In this document: in pieces, positions 27,810 to 41,100 of the stretch
Layout: every line of letters starts with the position of its first letter
How positions within the stretch are numbered: position 1 is the stretch's first letter
Assembly: GCF_006345805.1 (NCBI RefSeq)
Contig: NC_043002.1
Coordinates: 99,448,001-99,512,000 of the forward strand
Length of the DNA: 64,000 bases
Direction: 5' to 3'
Source: Octopus sinensis
Lineage: Eukaryota
Made by a program: the position numbers and the translations under genes
Notes under the pieces: generated by a model
Told to the model about the DNA's origin: nothing
The model's database searches: none
The model's input: the letters and a program-made list of their open reading frames with translations, nothing else

Positions 27810-28009
27810 CATGCGTGTGTACCGTTGGCGATTTTGTTTCCTCTGTCTTCTCTTCTCTGGATCTTTCCTTCTCCTATGTTTCCGACGAAGAGCTCCGCTC
27901 GAAACGTTAAACCCTCCTTCTTTCCTTCTTTCCTGAGCGTCCAATAATACTATATTTGTTCCACGTCCTCGCGCTGTTGTGTTTTCTCTTTGTGTTTTCA
28001 TGTTTGGAT

Positions 28010-28015
<6 letters not shown>
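27810..28015 (+). mobile_element. HHR element family A (about 205 bp) between (TA)n tracts
   Basis: Homologous to 31690-31893 (-), 52870-53065 (-) and 63360-63470 (+). Confidence 0.85.
27878..27912 (+). ncRNA. Minimal type I hammerhead motif (family A, U4C)
   Basis: GTTT-CCGACGA-A-GAGC-TCC-GCTC-GAA-ACGT-T-AAAC; loopless palindromic stem III. Confidence 0.75.
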
Positions 28016-28042
<27 letters not shown>

Positions 28043-28047
<5 letters not shown>

Positions 28048-28953
28048 ATAAAAATGGTAAATAATTTTCCTGTGGTTTTTCATGTAACCAACAATTATTT
28101 ACCGGTAAATTTCGGTATGTAAATACGACAAATTAATTGTCAGGACCTTTGTAAGGTTCAGTATATAGTAAAGAAAAAATAAGATGGCTAGCAGCAGGCT
28201 GTTTCGCCTCATACCGAAGGAATTAGAAATGGCAGTCAAAGACCGTTTTTTCCATTTTCTATAAGTGGAGATTCCAAAAACGAAGGCCCTTACGGCTAAC
28301 ATACACAAAACCGGAGTGGCAAATACACGAAATCAGTCACTTACCGTTAATAGCGAACACGTGTTTCTGGATCGCAAACATAGAAAAAATTAGTTTGAAT
28401 TCCGTCATCGGCGCTATATTCGATAGCTTTACCAAATGCCAGCAGCCCTCACTTCTGACCCAGCGACATCAGATAGTGGGGGGAAGAGCGCAGATGTTAA
28501 AACTAAGTAACGACTGGGAACGTAAATTTTCCCTCCAAAATCCTGCCATGCGCGCTTTCTGGGTAATCGTAATGGAATGAGGAATCCACATGGTAATGCA
28601 ATAAAAATGGTAAATAATTTTCCTGTGGTTTTTCATGTAACCAACAATTATTTACCGGTAAATTTCGGTATGTAAATACGACAAATTAATTGTCAGGACC
28701 TTTGTAAGGTTCAGTATATAGTAAAGAAAAAATAAGATGGCTAGCAGCAGGCTGTTTCGCCTCATACCGAAGGAATTAGAAATGGCAGTCAAAGACCGTT
28801 TTTTCCATTTTCTATAAGTGGAGGTTCCAAAAACGAAGGCCCTTACGGCTCACATACACAAAACCGGAGTGGAAAAAACGGTCTTTGACTGCCATTTCTA
28901 ATTCCTTCGGTATGAGGCGAAACAGCCTGCTGCTAGCCATCTTATTTTTTCTT

Positions 28954-28962
<9 letters not shown>
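28043..28962 (-). mobile_element. Retrozyme/Penelope-like element: 1.5 copies of a 553-bp monomer plus inverted tail, in (TA)n
   Basis: 28043-28319 repeats at 28596-28872 (2 differences seen); 28870-28962 is the reverse complement of about 28715-28808; HHR at 28350-28417. Confidence 0.85.
28350..28417 (-). ncRNA. Type I hammerhead ribozyme motif (U4C, extended stem II)
   Basis: Minus: ATAGCG-CCGATGA-C-GGA..CAAAC-(loop)-GTTTG..TCC-A-GAA-ACAC/GTGT-T-CGCTAT; perfect 6-bp stem I and 8-nt palindromic stem III. Confidence 0.8.
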
Positions 28963-29009
<47 letters not shown>

Positions 29010-29535
29010 TGTATGTATATATGTATGTGTGTATGTGTGTATGGATACAAGTTACATTATTATGAGTTCCATAACATACCTACTATATTTACGAAACTCA
29101 CTAAAGCCATCTTGTCAATTTTGTTGCCGCAGAAAAATATACTCTCGTTGATCTTTTTTTTATTATTCCAGGTCAGTTATGATGCGCAGATCTATAACTT
29201 AAAGACTTTCAAGCCGTGTCTCTCTTGTTCCTTTTGTATATCCAAAAATATATAGTCTAATTTATATTTGCTTCTTTTAAAGGTAAAACGTGTTTCGTGT
29301 ATATTTGGTTGACATAACTGTCAGTTGGAACAATCATCTAGAGTTTTTATCGTAATCTTTGGTTCCAGAGTTCCGGTTTTGCTTTGATTTGTAACAGAAT
29401 GTTGTAACTCTATTGCTCTTTGTGAATAATTTTGACGTTCAGTTAAGTGACTTTTAGAACGCAAATATCACTTCACCTTTTTACGTAAATGAGTAAACTT
29501 AAACAGCGTCCCAATGTTGTTGCGATTATCGCAAG

Positions 29536-29930
29536 GCGAACTTAAAAATACTATAAACCAACTAAATGATGACCTCGCATTTGCCTACAAAGGAAATTCG
29601 TAGTCCTTTGGTTTGAGATCGGCAATGTTTTCAGATAAAGTCAGATAAATTATTTAGGATATTCTTTACTTGGCACTCCAACGCCATATATTTAAAATGT
29701 TAAATTCACTTAAATTTCAAAAGCTAATAAACTCGATGTTCTTATACAGCTACAGAAAATCATAAAACACAATAAAATGTTGTTGCGAACTTAAAAATAC
29801 TATAAACCAAGTAAATGATGACTTCGCATTTGCCTACAAAGGACATTCGTAGTCCTTCGGTTTGAGATCGGCAATGTTTTCAGATAAAGTCAGATAAATT
29901 CTTTAGGATATTCTTTACTTGGCACTCCAA
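29536..29930. repeat. Direct duplication of 146 bp, offset 249 bp
   Basis: 29536-29681 vs 29785-29930, about 5 substitutions. Confidence 0.9.
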
Positions 29931-31689
29931 ATAAAAATAAGATTAAGATTGATGTAAAAAATAAATAACACTGGCTAAACTGGCAATATGACCATTCCGA
30001 AATATAACAATATCTGTTTCAACACACGACTTCACATAAAAATTCTTGCACAACAAATATTTAAACGTACAATAAAAATAATTTTCTGTTAATTCAAATA
30101 ACAGTTGAAAGGACTGTCATTATAAGAATTTTAAAAAAATATATATCCGACAACCCAAAGAAAAATATTCAGACGTTGACTAGAACCAATATTACTACAG
30201 TAGCTTTTGCCTCCCGTTGGTGTTTGATCACGTTCTACTCCGCCGCCCAACCTATTCACTGATCTCTTTTCTCCTTTCGTACTCCACATTCTGCAACTAA
30301 AGTTCAACCGCTTTCGATAATAGCAATCTCATGGGATTCTCCCAATGACCATTTTTCCAGCAACTATTATTGTCCAAATCTTATTTAATGAATTATATTC
30401 ATGAACAGTATCAGAGAGCGTGCCCAAATATTTCTGCCAGCTCGCCGCCCTTAAATAAAGGGCAAATTACGAATACAAAAAACGCGATTCAATTGATTTT
30501 TCTACCCATAACAGCCACGAGATGCATGTGCATTTCGGAATTCATGACAACAGTTTGCAACTGCCACCCACAGCATTCAAGGCAGCTGCGTTTTGGCGTC
30601 TCGTTCCAGAGAAAGTTGGATGACAACCTGCAATTTGGGTCTCAACCATGAACCAGCATGTCTTAGAATATTTACACATAGATCCCCGAAATAAACTTTC
30701 AGACTGTTGAAAATATCACGTTTCTATTGCAATGTATATACCGTAGTATGTGGATTTGACTGCCTGTATGTGATATTCAGCATACTGCATAATAGTTATA
30801 CTTGAGTAATATATTATTTTGCAACGGTATATACTAAATACTCCCTAGGCATACATCTATTGAAATATTTGTTATAAGTTTTACTACTACAATTAAATAT
30901 ACAATTGATGTTAATTCTGAAAAGAAAATTCTCATTTTTCTTGTGGTAATATTGATTTTAGTAATTTTCTCTATTGAGTTAGTGTTTTTTCAAATAAAAA
31001 GCTCATATGTTTTTGTCGTAGAGTGAACTATTTTCAGTTTGAGGCGACATAAAGAAGCTGTTTAAGTAGCATACTGCACAAGTGATAATGTTTATCGCGT
31101 CTGTTGGGGTGAGCAAAATTGATATACACAAGCGTGACTTTAAATTGAGACTGCAAATAACAAAGTTTTATACATAACAACACTAAAACTAAAATTAAAT
31201 TTTAATCAAAATATAAAATATATTTCATTAAGTTTTGTGTTTAGCAAATGGCAAGAAACCTATGTAAATTGACTTTCAAAGGGAATAGTGTGGCAATTTA
31301 GGGATTTCTTTTTGAATTTTATTATAAATTTTATTATTGTGCAAATATCTCATGTTTGAAGTAAAACATAGTGACGTCAATGTTTCTTCTGTTTGTAGTC
31401 CAAGTGGAATTTAAATTTGATAAATTTAATTAATATTGTTTTAATTAGAAATAAAGCACAACAAAATAATAATACGATTTTCAACAGAAACGAGTGATTA
31501 TTAAAATGTAACATTGTTAAAACTGACATTGAAAAATTTCTTTACTCGTTTCTTCGAGTTCTGAGACTATAAATGATAGTACTGTGTTGTTTCTTTGAAG
31601 AACTAAATGTTGCTTAATGCTATTATATTCCCATTCAGAGACTCTTGTATAAAACTGTATAAAAATGTATGACATTTTATATATATACA

Positions 31690-31893
31690 TAGTTAATCCA
31701 AACATGAAAACACAAAGAGAAAATACAACAACGCGAGGACGTGGAACAAATATAGTGTTATTGGATGCTCAGGAAGGAAAGAAAGAAGGAGGATTTAACG
31801 TTTCGAGCGGAGCTCTTCGTCAGAAACATAAGAAAAGGAAAGATCCAAAGAAGGGAAGATGGAGGAAAAGAATCGCCAACGGTACACACGCGG
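31690..31893 (-). mobile_element. HHR element family A
   Basis: Reverse complement of 27810-28015; flanked by TA/CA repeats. Confidence 0.85.
31793..31827 (-). ncRNA. Minimal type I hammerhead motif (family A, canonical CUGACGA)
   Basis: Minus: GTTT-CTGACGA-A-GAGC-TCC-GCTC-GAA-ACGT-T-AAAT. Confidence 0.8.
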
Positions 31894-31897
31894 CCAT

Positions 31898-31975
<78 letters not shown>

Positions 31976-32162
31976 ATATAGTTCATAAATACACACACAC
32001 ACACACATATATATATTGATTTATGTATATATACCATCATGCTGAAAATAGCAGCCATGATCTTACTCTAAAACCACCTTAATTGTCCTTATGGCAAGCA
32101 CGGAGAGAAAACAGACAATATGAAGCTAGTAAGAAATTACTGGATAATTCTAGATCCCGGAT

Positions 32163-32204
32163 TTCTAGATTTGCATTTCGGAATGCTCAGCCTCGTCAGT
32201 AGAA
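32163..32204 (-). ncRNA. Minimal type I hammerhead motif (singleton)
   Basis: Minus: TTCTA-CTGACGA-GG-CTGAGCATT-CC-GAA-AT-GCAA-AT-C-TAGAA; canonical core, AUC triplet, 5-bp stem I. Confidence 0.7.
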
Positions 32205-32338
32205 TACACACAGGAAAGAAACATAAATACATATATATATAAATACAACATACGGATACTTACATATACGAAAGTATACATACATATATATGCACATATG
32301 CATCATGACCAGTTCAAAATGCCCGCTGTTTTATTCCG

Positions 32339-32391
<53 letters not shown>

Positions 32392-33571
32392 ATGTTCAGC
32401 TCATTTATTTTATCATCAGCAAATAGTTTTCGAGTTTTAATATGTTTCGTGGGGATAATTTCATGTTATATAGTGTTTTGCAGAATGCCGCATTTTAATG
32501 AATGAACAAACAAAATAGATTCTTAAAATTGGATTACAAAATAACTTTAGAGAAAATAAAGGCAACCACGCGCATAAAAGTTATGAGTTATGGGGCATAA
32601 GAAAGTCAGACCAAAACTATCTGTAATTTATGAGAAACCAATGAAAAAAAATCGTGCCCTGTTAGAGTTGTATCTAGATAACAATATGATCCAATGCCTC
32701 GTTTTAATTCCAGAGAGCGTGTGTATTTATTTGAGAGATGTTTAGATGTTATTTCCAGAAGAGGCGAGGGCGTAAGAGTGAATCTCTCGTTGGATCCTGG
32801 AAGAGGAGTAGTTTCGGACAGGAAACCTTAACTGGCATGTGGCAGAGTCCACGCAGATTTTTCAGAAAATACCTTGCGTGTAAAATACCCTTTTCCTTTA
32901 AAATTGGCACTTGATAAATATTTAGAATGAGTTGGGATATAACCGATTGAATTGAGTATCAAAACATAGCCGATTTTGTCAAGTCAGACTCGGGTATATG
33001 TCTATGTTTCTTTGTGTTTATCCGCAAAAACCACTTGACGACCGACGTTGTTTTGTTGACGTTCCCATCACTTAGTGGTTCGGAATAATAAGTCGATATA
33101 TTATACATAAAATTTCAAAATATATAGTGTCCAATTATTATACTAAGCTGTGTAAGGCAGTATTGTATTATGGCCAAACTGCAATGAACGAATGAAGCGG
33201 CTCTATCAATAGTAGAGAAAACCTACTGGAAGATCTTCACACTGAGCTTAAACATAGATTACTACTTCTGCTCTTTAGAAATTAATTTCCAGCCTGGATG
33301 TGCTTCGAAATATAAATGCAATACGTGAATGAAAGAACATATTGAAATCTGAGCGACTTCTTACACTTCATGTCTGTCTAATGAATGACAACCGTTCTCA
33401 CAGTATCGTATGAGTTCGCAACTTAATTGAAAACGATCAATTTAATTGGAACGTCTATATTGATGGTAAATAGATTATTGCACGTAATAAGACAGGAGGT
33501 TGTTTAAACGATATCACCTGGTGGTTATATATGTATATTTATGTCTGAATGTACTCATATATCTATATCAA

Positions 33572-33655
<84 letters not shown>

Positions 33656-34793
33656 CATACATACATACATACATACATACATACATACATACATACATAA
33701 TACTTATACATATGCATGTGTGGGTAGGGTGTCAGTGTATGTGTATGCGTGTGTATATATTTCGATATCGATGTCTGCGGGTATGCCTATGTTAGGTATG
33801 TGTAAGTCTAAACTTTAATTCTGAATTTAAATTCCATGATGTCATATATCATAGTTGTTCACTAATCCTGTTATTAGTCTATTGATGCTAAGATGTCATT
33901 TTTATTAGTATGTGTAGGCGCGCAACGTATTACTGACTGAATCTTTAATTAATTCTTGAAGTCATTGTTCTTTGATAACAATCAAATTTACATAGACCGA
34001 GAAAAATAATTTATAGAAAATGCAACGAATTTTTGACGAATATTTATATATCTTACATTGGAAATTTGATTTCGAATTTCTAGAATAAATATTTTGGATG
34101 TTGGTAGCTGTTTAATTGACAAAACATATTTATATATGTTATGTGGTGCTTTAACTAGTTTTAGTAATTTTGTTATTGTCAAACCTATTCCACAGTCTAT
34201 ATTCTGATGTCACATAAGTAAAATCTGAAGTGGGAGATATTATTTACATGTGAATTAAAACAGAGCAATCAAGAATCATATTATAAATGGATGTCATAAT
34301 TATGAGGTTATAACTGGAATACTTTCGATTTGATATCTGAACGCTCTGTCATATGAAAAAATGAATATATCTTCAAGGTTAAGTTGTCTTTACTTGTAAC
34401 ATTTGGTTTGAAGGTTAATGTATGGTCCAGGATTCTCTAAAGGGTGTCTGAGGCCTGGATGCTAGGTCTGAATATTTTTAATAGAATGAAATCTGCTAAA
34501 GGAGCCATAGTGCGGCAGGTAATGACGTTATACCGAGTGAAAGTTTAAATACTCAGTCTAAGTTGGCAATTAGCGGATTTGAACTCAGACAACAAAGAAC
34601 CAGGTCAAATACTGCAAGGCAACTCACGTTCTTACAGTCCTGTCTGTTGACCGCTCTGGATTGGTAGTATTTTGTTGATCTCAAAAAGAATGACAGGTCA
34701 AAAAAATACGACGATCTAAAGACTTTGCCAGATTTCCACTCTAAAACGATTAGCATAAACATAATACGCGAACAAAGAATATTATTGCTTTCT

Positions 34794-35210
34794 TTACATA
34801 AACCAATATGTAAAATGTATTTCCAGTGTGTACGTGTACTTCAGTAAATTAGTCCTTCTTGGAGACAGTCTTATTTTAATCAGAAGAAGAGCAGTAGCTC
34901 CCCAGCTCTTCCTTAACACAGGGGGAATTGTGTTTAGACTGGATAATGTATTTGTATTCATTACAGGTGTGGCGGCATATATATGTTTGTTTAGTTTTCT
35001 ATTTAATCTAAAATGTGTAGCATTTGAAAATAACCCCTTAAGCATTATCATGCTATAGATCAGAGAAATATAATCTGTGAAAGTTGATCTAAACCTGGAT
35101 ACTAATAATCTTGCGTTTGTATGGGAGCGATAATCTATGAATTGTCTGCAATTGTACGGAAGATTTGTTCTTAGGATAGTATCGGGATTTTGTTTAAATC
35201 GATAAGGCAA
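34794..35210 (-). other. 138-codon ORF in non-repetitive sequence, product unknown
   Basis: Protein-like composition; overlapping antisense ORF also open (34828-35058); no motif recognised. Confidence 0.3.
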
Positions 35211-35306
35211 TATAATGGAATGTTACACTGATACAGGGTTACTTTGAAATATATATATAAGTTATATAAATGTTGGACTCTTTCTTTCAATGCATAACCA
35301 TCTTTA

Positions 35307-35495
35307 TGGCTGTGTGGTAAGGATCTGGATTCCCAACCACATAGTTAAGGTCCAGTCCCACTTCGTAGCAACTTGGGCAAGTATCTTCTACTAAGGTTTC
35401 GGACCAACCAAGGCTTTGTGAGTAGATTTTGTATAAGGACACTGAAAGACGCCCGTCGTATATATATATCTATATATATATATATAGAGAGAGAG

Positions 35496-35566
<71 letters not shown>

Positions 35567-35656
35567 TATAGATGGATGGATGGATGGATGGATGGATGGA
35601 TGGCTAGATAGATAGACAGATAGATAAATAGCTAGCTAGCTAGCTAGCTAGCTAGC

Positions 35657-35687
<31 letters not shown>

Positions 35688-35927
35688 ATACACGTGTGTG
35701 TGCGCGTGCGTGTATGTGTATTTGTGCCCGTGTTTGTCCCGCACCACCGCCTGACAGCCAGTGTTGGTTTGCTTACTTAACGGTTCAGCAAAAGAGAACG
35801 CTATGATAAGTACTAGGCTTTCAAAAAATAAGTCCTGAGGTGACTTTTTTTACGACTACAATCCTTCAAGGCGGTGCCCTAGCATGGCTGCACTCAAAAG
35901 AAATGACTAAAACAACTAAGAGATAAA
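35307..35927 (+). mobile_element. SINE family 2, diverged, with expanded internal (GATA)/(GATG)/(GCTA) array
   Basis: Head and tail align to the 36290-36763 copy; microsatellite at 35460-35715. Confidence 0.85.
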
Positions 35928-36289
35928 GCAAAATAGCAAAATACTAAAATTTCATTTATATAATTTGAATGGGATCAAGTAAAAAATATGCTGGCTAATT
36001 AAAAGGTTGTGATTAGCGTTTCATCATAAAAAATATATAATTAGAATTGAATATTTGCTATAAATATGGGGGTTTGGCATTAAACAAAGGTTACAAGTTA
36101 TTATTTTCCTGTGGCTGTTATTTAGAGCATGTGAGACAAAGTAGATAATAGAGACGAACTACTTTTAATTAAAAAGAAACTAACATAAATCTTTGAACGA
36201 AATCATATGATGCTAGTGTATTATATGTATGTGCTATGAAAGTAAGGTTTGTCTGGTCACAAATAGTTTCTATGTTGTTTGAACGTATA

Positions 36290-36515
36290 TGCTCTTTGCT
36301 CTTTTGCTCTTTTGCTTGTTTCAGTCATTTGACTGCGGCCATGCTGGAGCACCGCATTTAGTCGAGCAAATCGACCTCGGGACTTATTCTTTGTAAGCCT
36401 AGTACTTATTCTATCGGTCTCTTCGGCCGAACCGCTTAGTAACGGGGACATAAACACACCAGCATTGGTTGTCAAGCAATGCTATGGGGATGAACACAGA
36501 CACACAAACAGACAC

Positions 36516-36600
<85 letters not shown>

Positions 36601-36763
36601 CGACGGGCTTCTTTCAGTTTCCATCGGCCAAATCCACTCACAAGGCTTTGGTCGGCCCGATGCTATAGTAAAAGGCACTTGTCCAAGATGCCACGCAGTG
36701 GGAGTGAACCCAGAACCATGTGGTTGGTAAGCAAGCTACTTACCACACAGCCACTCATGCGCC
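36290..36763 (-). mobile_element. SINE family 2, full length (tRNA-like head, CORE-like segment, internal microsatellite)
   Basis: Minus: GGCGCATGAGTGGCTGTGTGGTAAG (A box), GGGTTCACTCCC (B box), CTTGGACAAGTG, (TA)n(TG)n, tail of AAAGAGC repeats. Confidence 0.9.
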
Positions 36764-38347
36764 TATCGTCACTTTTTCTTAATATTAGTAATACAGTAAG
36801 AGAATATCACATTATTTATCAGATAAATTTAAAAGAATGTTTTAAACAGTTCCATTTGAAAGTAAACGATATTGATAAATAATTGTTTATAAAATAACAA
36901 ACAAAATATGTACAAAAACCGTCAGTTCTTATATGAAATGAAGCATGGAGAAATTATAATTGATAGAAAGTACAAAACTGTTACGCTATACTACAATATT
37001 AAAGTGTATTTGCAGTTCAGTGATTACATTAGCTAAAATATTGAACAATAATAAATTAACAATACTTTGATTAATATGACTCAGTACTATCGCTTGACTA
37101 ATTTAATGAAAGCATTAGAACCGTTTCCTTAGAAATTCTGTCCAAATTAAAATATTTCTCAGAACAACTTAAAAAATGAATGTCACCCACTATTGATGTT
37201 GAAATTAATTTAGGACTGTTATTTAGTAGACTATTGGCATTTGATTCGAATAACTTATTTTTTTAACATCAAAATCTACGAACAAAATAACTGCATCAAA
37301 TTCATTATTTCCAGTTGGTTGTATTGGTGGTAGTAGCGGTAGTAGTGGTAATGCCAGTATATAAATATTGTCAAGTTACTTCTCGTTTTTCTTTGACAAG
37401 AATACATCTGTATGAATACTACTAATATGTCAGGTGTCTATGCGAGAAGAGAATAAAACAAATGTATTTCTCAGATGAGTGCTATAGGATATGAAACAAC
37501 TTTATTTTTATTGAGTTGAATATATCCTCAAAATGAATGCCACATGAAAAGTTTATTTTTAAAAACTGTAATCAATAATCTCAGATTCAGATAATCTACA
37601 TGTGATATCTAGATGAGAAAAACATGATAATTCGTTTATAAGTAGATGGAGTTTTAAAAAGTGAGGTTGCAAAGATATAACACAACGGTATCTTAATTTT
37701 CAAATCAAAGAAATATCTTATATTTATTTCACTCTTTATGTTTATTTGAATCTTTCGAATTTAAATTTTCTATAGAAACTCAATTGATAAGAAACGTTGT
37801 GTGAGAATATTAACAGAATCACCTTCATCCTCTTTGATGAAGTTTTGACATGTTAATGCTAATGAAATAGCATATGGAAATTATATTTATTCTGATATAT
37901 ATGATTTATGCCTAAATGTCTGGAGATATAGGTCTCTCTGTAGAAGTATATTTACTGAGTATAGATGTTAGTCTGCTTGTCTTCCGGTGAGTCTTCAGGC
38001 ATCTTATTTGTAACCACACACACACACACACACATATATATACATATATAGAGAAACAGAAAGACATACGTAGATTGACACACACACACACACACACACA
38101 CAAACATATATATATATATATGTGTGTGTGATTAATCAGCCGAAATTGCGAATATGATCCGGTTCTTGACTGAAGATTGAAGGCTTCGAATGTCCCATCT
38201 GTGCTTTTTGTATCGTCTTCTAAATGTTTTGCATTCCTGTCCCAGTTTGTATTTTTTTTACATATACATATATATATGTATATATATATACACATACACA
38301 CACATACATGTATGTGTATATATAACAACTGATGGATAGTGTATTAA

Positions 38348-38433
38348 TTCACGACAGCTGTTTCCAACGAAATTTTAATTGATTAATGGAGATATTACAT
38401 CATTAGATAAAAAATACGTTTTCATCAGGTAAA
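38348..38433 (-). ncRNA. Type I hammerhead motif with long stem II
   Basis: Minus: TTTAC-CTGATGA-A-AACG...TAATG..CATTA...CGTT-G-GAA-ACAG/CTGT-C-GTGAA; canonical core, GUC triplet, palindromic stem III; beside a TA/CA tract. Confidence 0.7.
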
Positions 38434-40974
38434 AAAAAAATCCTGGATCACAACATTTAGAAACATTCGAAATCAACGGCATATGCCATTTCATGATTCT
38501 ACGAGCCTTCATGGTCGTAGAATGAATTTGTCACTTCAGATGAGTAGTATTATAACAGAAAACGACGTGATGTCATGTGTGGGTAGGGATCTACCTATTA
38601 TTTATATCATTGATGGAGGTTAGAGGACTGGGTATTGAAGGATCGAACGACGATGTATCTCGTTCCTGCAATTAAGACAGAGTTAGTTCCGCTTATCGTT
38701 TAATTCAATTGAACAAGAGTTTTAGGGTTAAATGCAAAAGATAAGGTTACCCAGTTATTTACATATTTACTTATTCAATAGACTCTTTTATCTACCCTCT
38801 TTATTGTCAGAATAATATCTGACAGCGACACAAAGTCTAAGATTCTACAATGGGTGGGGGGATAATAGTGGTCATCCTATCAATAATTAGATAAATAAAG
38901 ACGTTTACACACAAGAAAGAGCGTACAATGAAAAAAGAAAGAAAGAAATATAGTAAGAGAAAGAGTATAAAAACAATTATAATGAAAATAAGGGGGTTAT
39001 AATACAACAAGTTATAATAAAAACAACGGGGTTACAATAAAAGAATATAGATAACAATGAAACTGTAATTGGTAGATAGCGACTTTGTAAATATCATAGG
39101 ATTTATAAAGATAAACTAGTCGTAAATAATATAGGAATTATAAAGATAAAATAGTCGTAAATAATATCATAGGAATTATAAATAAAACGTACAATAGCAC
39201 TTTCACTCATTATTTCCTGTTTTGAAACTGTCAAATAATATTCAAGTCAATTTAGCTGTTATTTCTAAAAGGTAATGCTCTATTTTGAAGGTTCACTATA
39301 TTTAAATGACGAAGATAAACTGTTTAAAACGTGCTGTAAATTTCAGTAAGTGGCACATATTGGTGAATGGCGTAAAAGTATAGATTTTCATATAGGATTA
39401 TGTATAATATAAAGCAAATAAATGATAATATAATATTTATACACAATGATAAAGCATCAGATTGCCGACACGTGTGAGTACATTATATTGTATGATATAG
39501 TTTTGCACACAAAAAGATAATTAAATTCATCTGGATATCCTCAAGAGTTTATAGTTTCAATCATAGTGAATGATTATTTTTTTCTCTCAAACAATAAATT
39601 ATGTGTCTAGTTTACTCTTTCTATAGCAACTGTGTTGTAATTGTTTTGAATTCTCTCAGGGAAAGTAGTTAATAAATTGTAATTTTCGCTTGTTTCGTAC
39701 AGGTACACAGCCTGTATATGTTACGATGTTTATGACGTTTGTTCATATTGTAACACTATTTTGCAACGTAAATAGTTTCTAATATATTCAACTGGCGAGT
39801 TGTGGGTTGAAGGGAACCCCGTAGTTAGATGTGTATACTGGCAAAATTTGTGTGTGTGTATGTGTATGAGATTGTATAAATGTGGTTTATATTTGACCGG
39901 CAAAAACATATGCTTCAGCACGATGATAGTGAGATCATTAACTAATAAAGTTATCTATTTTAAACTTTTGAGTAAAATCAGAGATCGATATGTATATAGT
40001 GGAGTCGAATAACTGGGTCTTATGGAGAGAAAGTCCAACATCATTCCTCAAAGGTTTTCAACTGAGAATTGTAAATGTATTTTTGTTGCATTATGATGGT
40101 ATAATTGTTTAATGTCGAAGAAAGCATTAAGTAATTGCATTTGAAATCTAATTTAATCTTTGTGTCCAAAGCAGTTTATTATTTACAGTCTTTAAGTAAC
40201 TCTTGTTTCATAAGTTCTGAATATTACAAAACTTTCCTTTGGTGGTTAAAAACATAGCGACCTGGGAAACATATTCTGCGTGGCACATGTGATACAAAGG
40301 TAAGGCAAGGGGTTAAGGCTTCTTTATTAAAATTAATTTAGACATTTACATAATGCTGTCATAAGAAGTATATACCTGAGGACTGAATTGTCAAGGATAG
40401 ACTACTTAAGAAGTTTCCTCGAAGTCTGTTTCACTAAAAGTGTCAGGTTTGTTGTTACAAACAATAAAATACTGTTAAAATTTTTTTTTTTAATTATTTC
40501 TCCTCTGAGATTGTTTATGGTACAAGAAAAACATTTACCAACCGCATAAAAAAAACAACAATTAAATAAAACTATTATCTTAAGTTTCGTCTATCTCAGT
40601 CTATAGAATAACATAAACGAGAGGCGGCAGAATGGTTAGAATGTTGGATGGAAAGTCTTTGGAGTTTCTTCCAAATCCCTATGCACTTCTTTCAAATTCC
40701 TCCGAAATCAATTTAAGCTTTTCTGTTCCATTTATCTAATTTCTAACCGCAACACATTTGTAGACAATGGTATCAATTTAACACATTCCTTGAATAAATT
40801 AATGGTGGCATGGTAAGCAGAGACTTCCACGAACAGCCGCTAAACTTTCTTCAATAAATCTTGTCCCTAGTCCCGTAGGTACATATTGAACAATGCATAA
40901 TATATATGTGAGTGTAGTGATACGTATCATAAGTAATCCGACAATAAATAAGGTAATATGTTCTTCCTATATTA

Positions 40975-41100
40975 GTTTCAAATTTTGGCACAAAGCCAGC
41001 AAGATCTGAGAATGGAGTAAGTCAAAAATATCGACCCCACTGCTGAGCTTCTACGTATTTCATTAAACCCCAAATAATGAAAGCCAAAGTCAACCTCCCT
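40975..41100 (-). mobile_element. SINE family 1, 3' fragment
   Basis: ATGAAAGCCAAAGTCAACCTC and TTTCAAATTTTGGCACAAAGCCAGCAA match the family, as at 54965-55090. Confidence 0.7.

Noticed and set aside
27759-28001. Repeated MKTQRENTT... ORFs (also 31665 and 52725)
   Set aside because: They are antisense to the family A HHR element, frames differ among copies, and they run into microsatellites.
29570-29650. C/D box snoRNA (ATGATGA) in the duplicated unit
   Set aside because: No downstream CTGA D box or terminal stem on the same strand.
38165-38200. CTGAAGA...TTCGAATGTC hammerhead candidate
   Set aside because: No GAAA and no convincing stems I and III.
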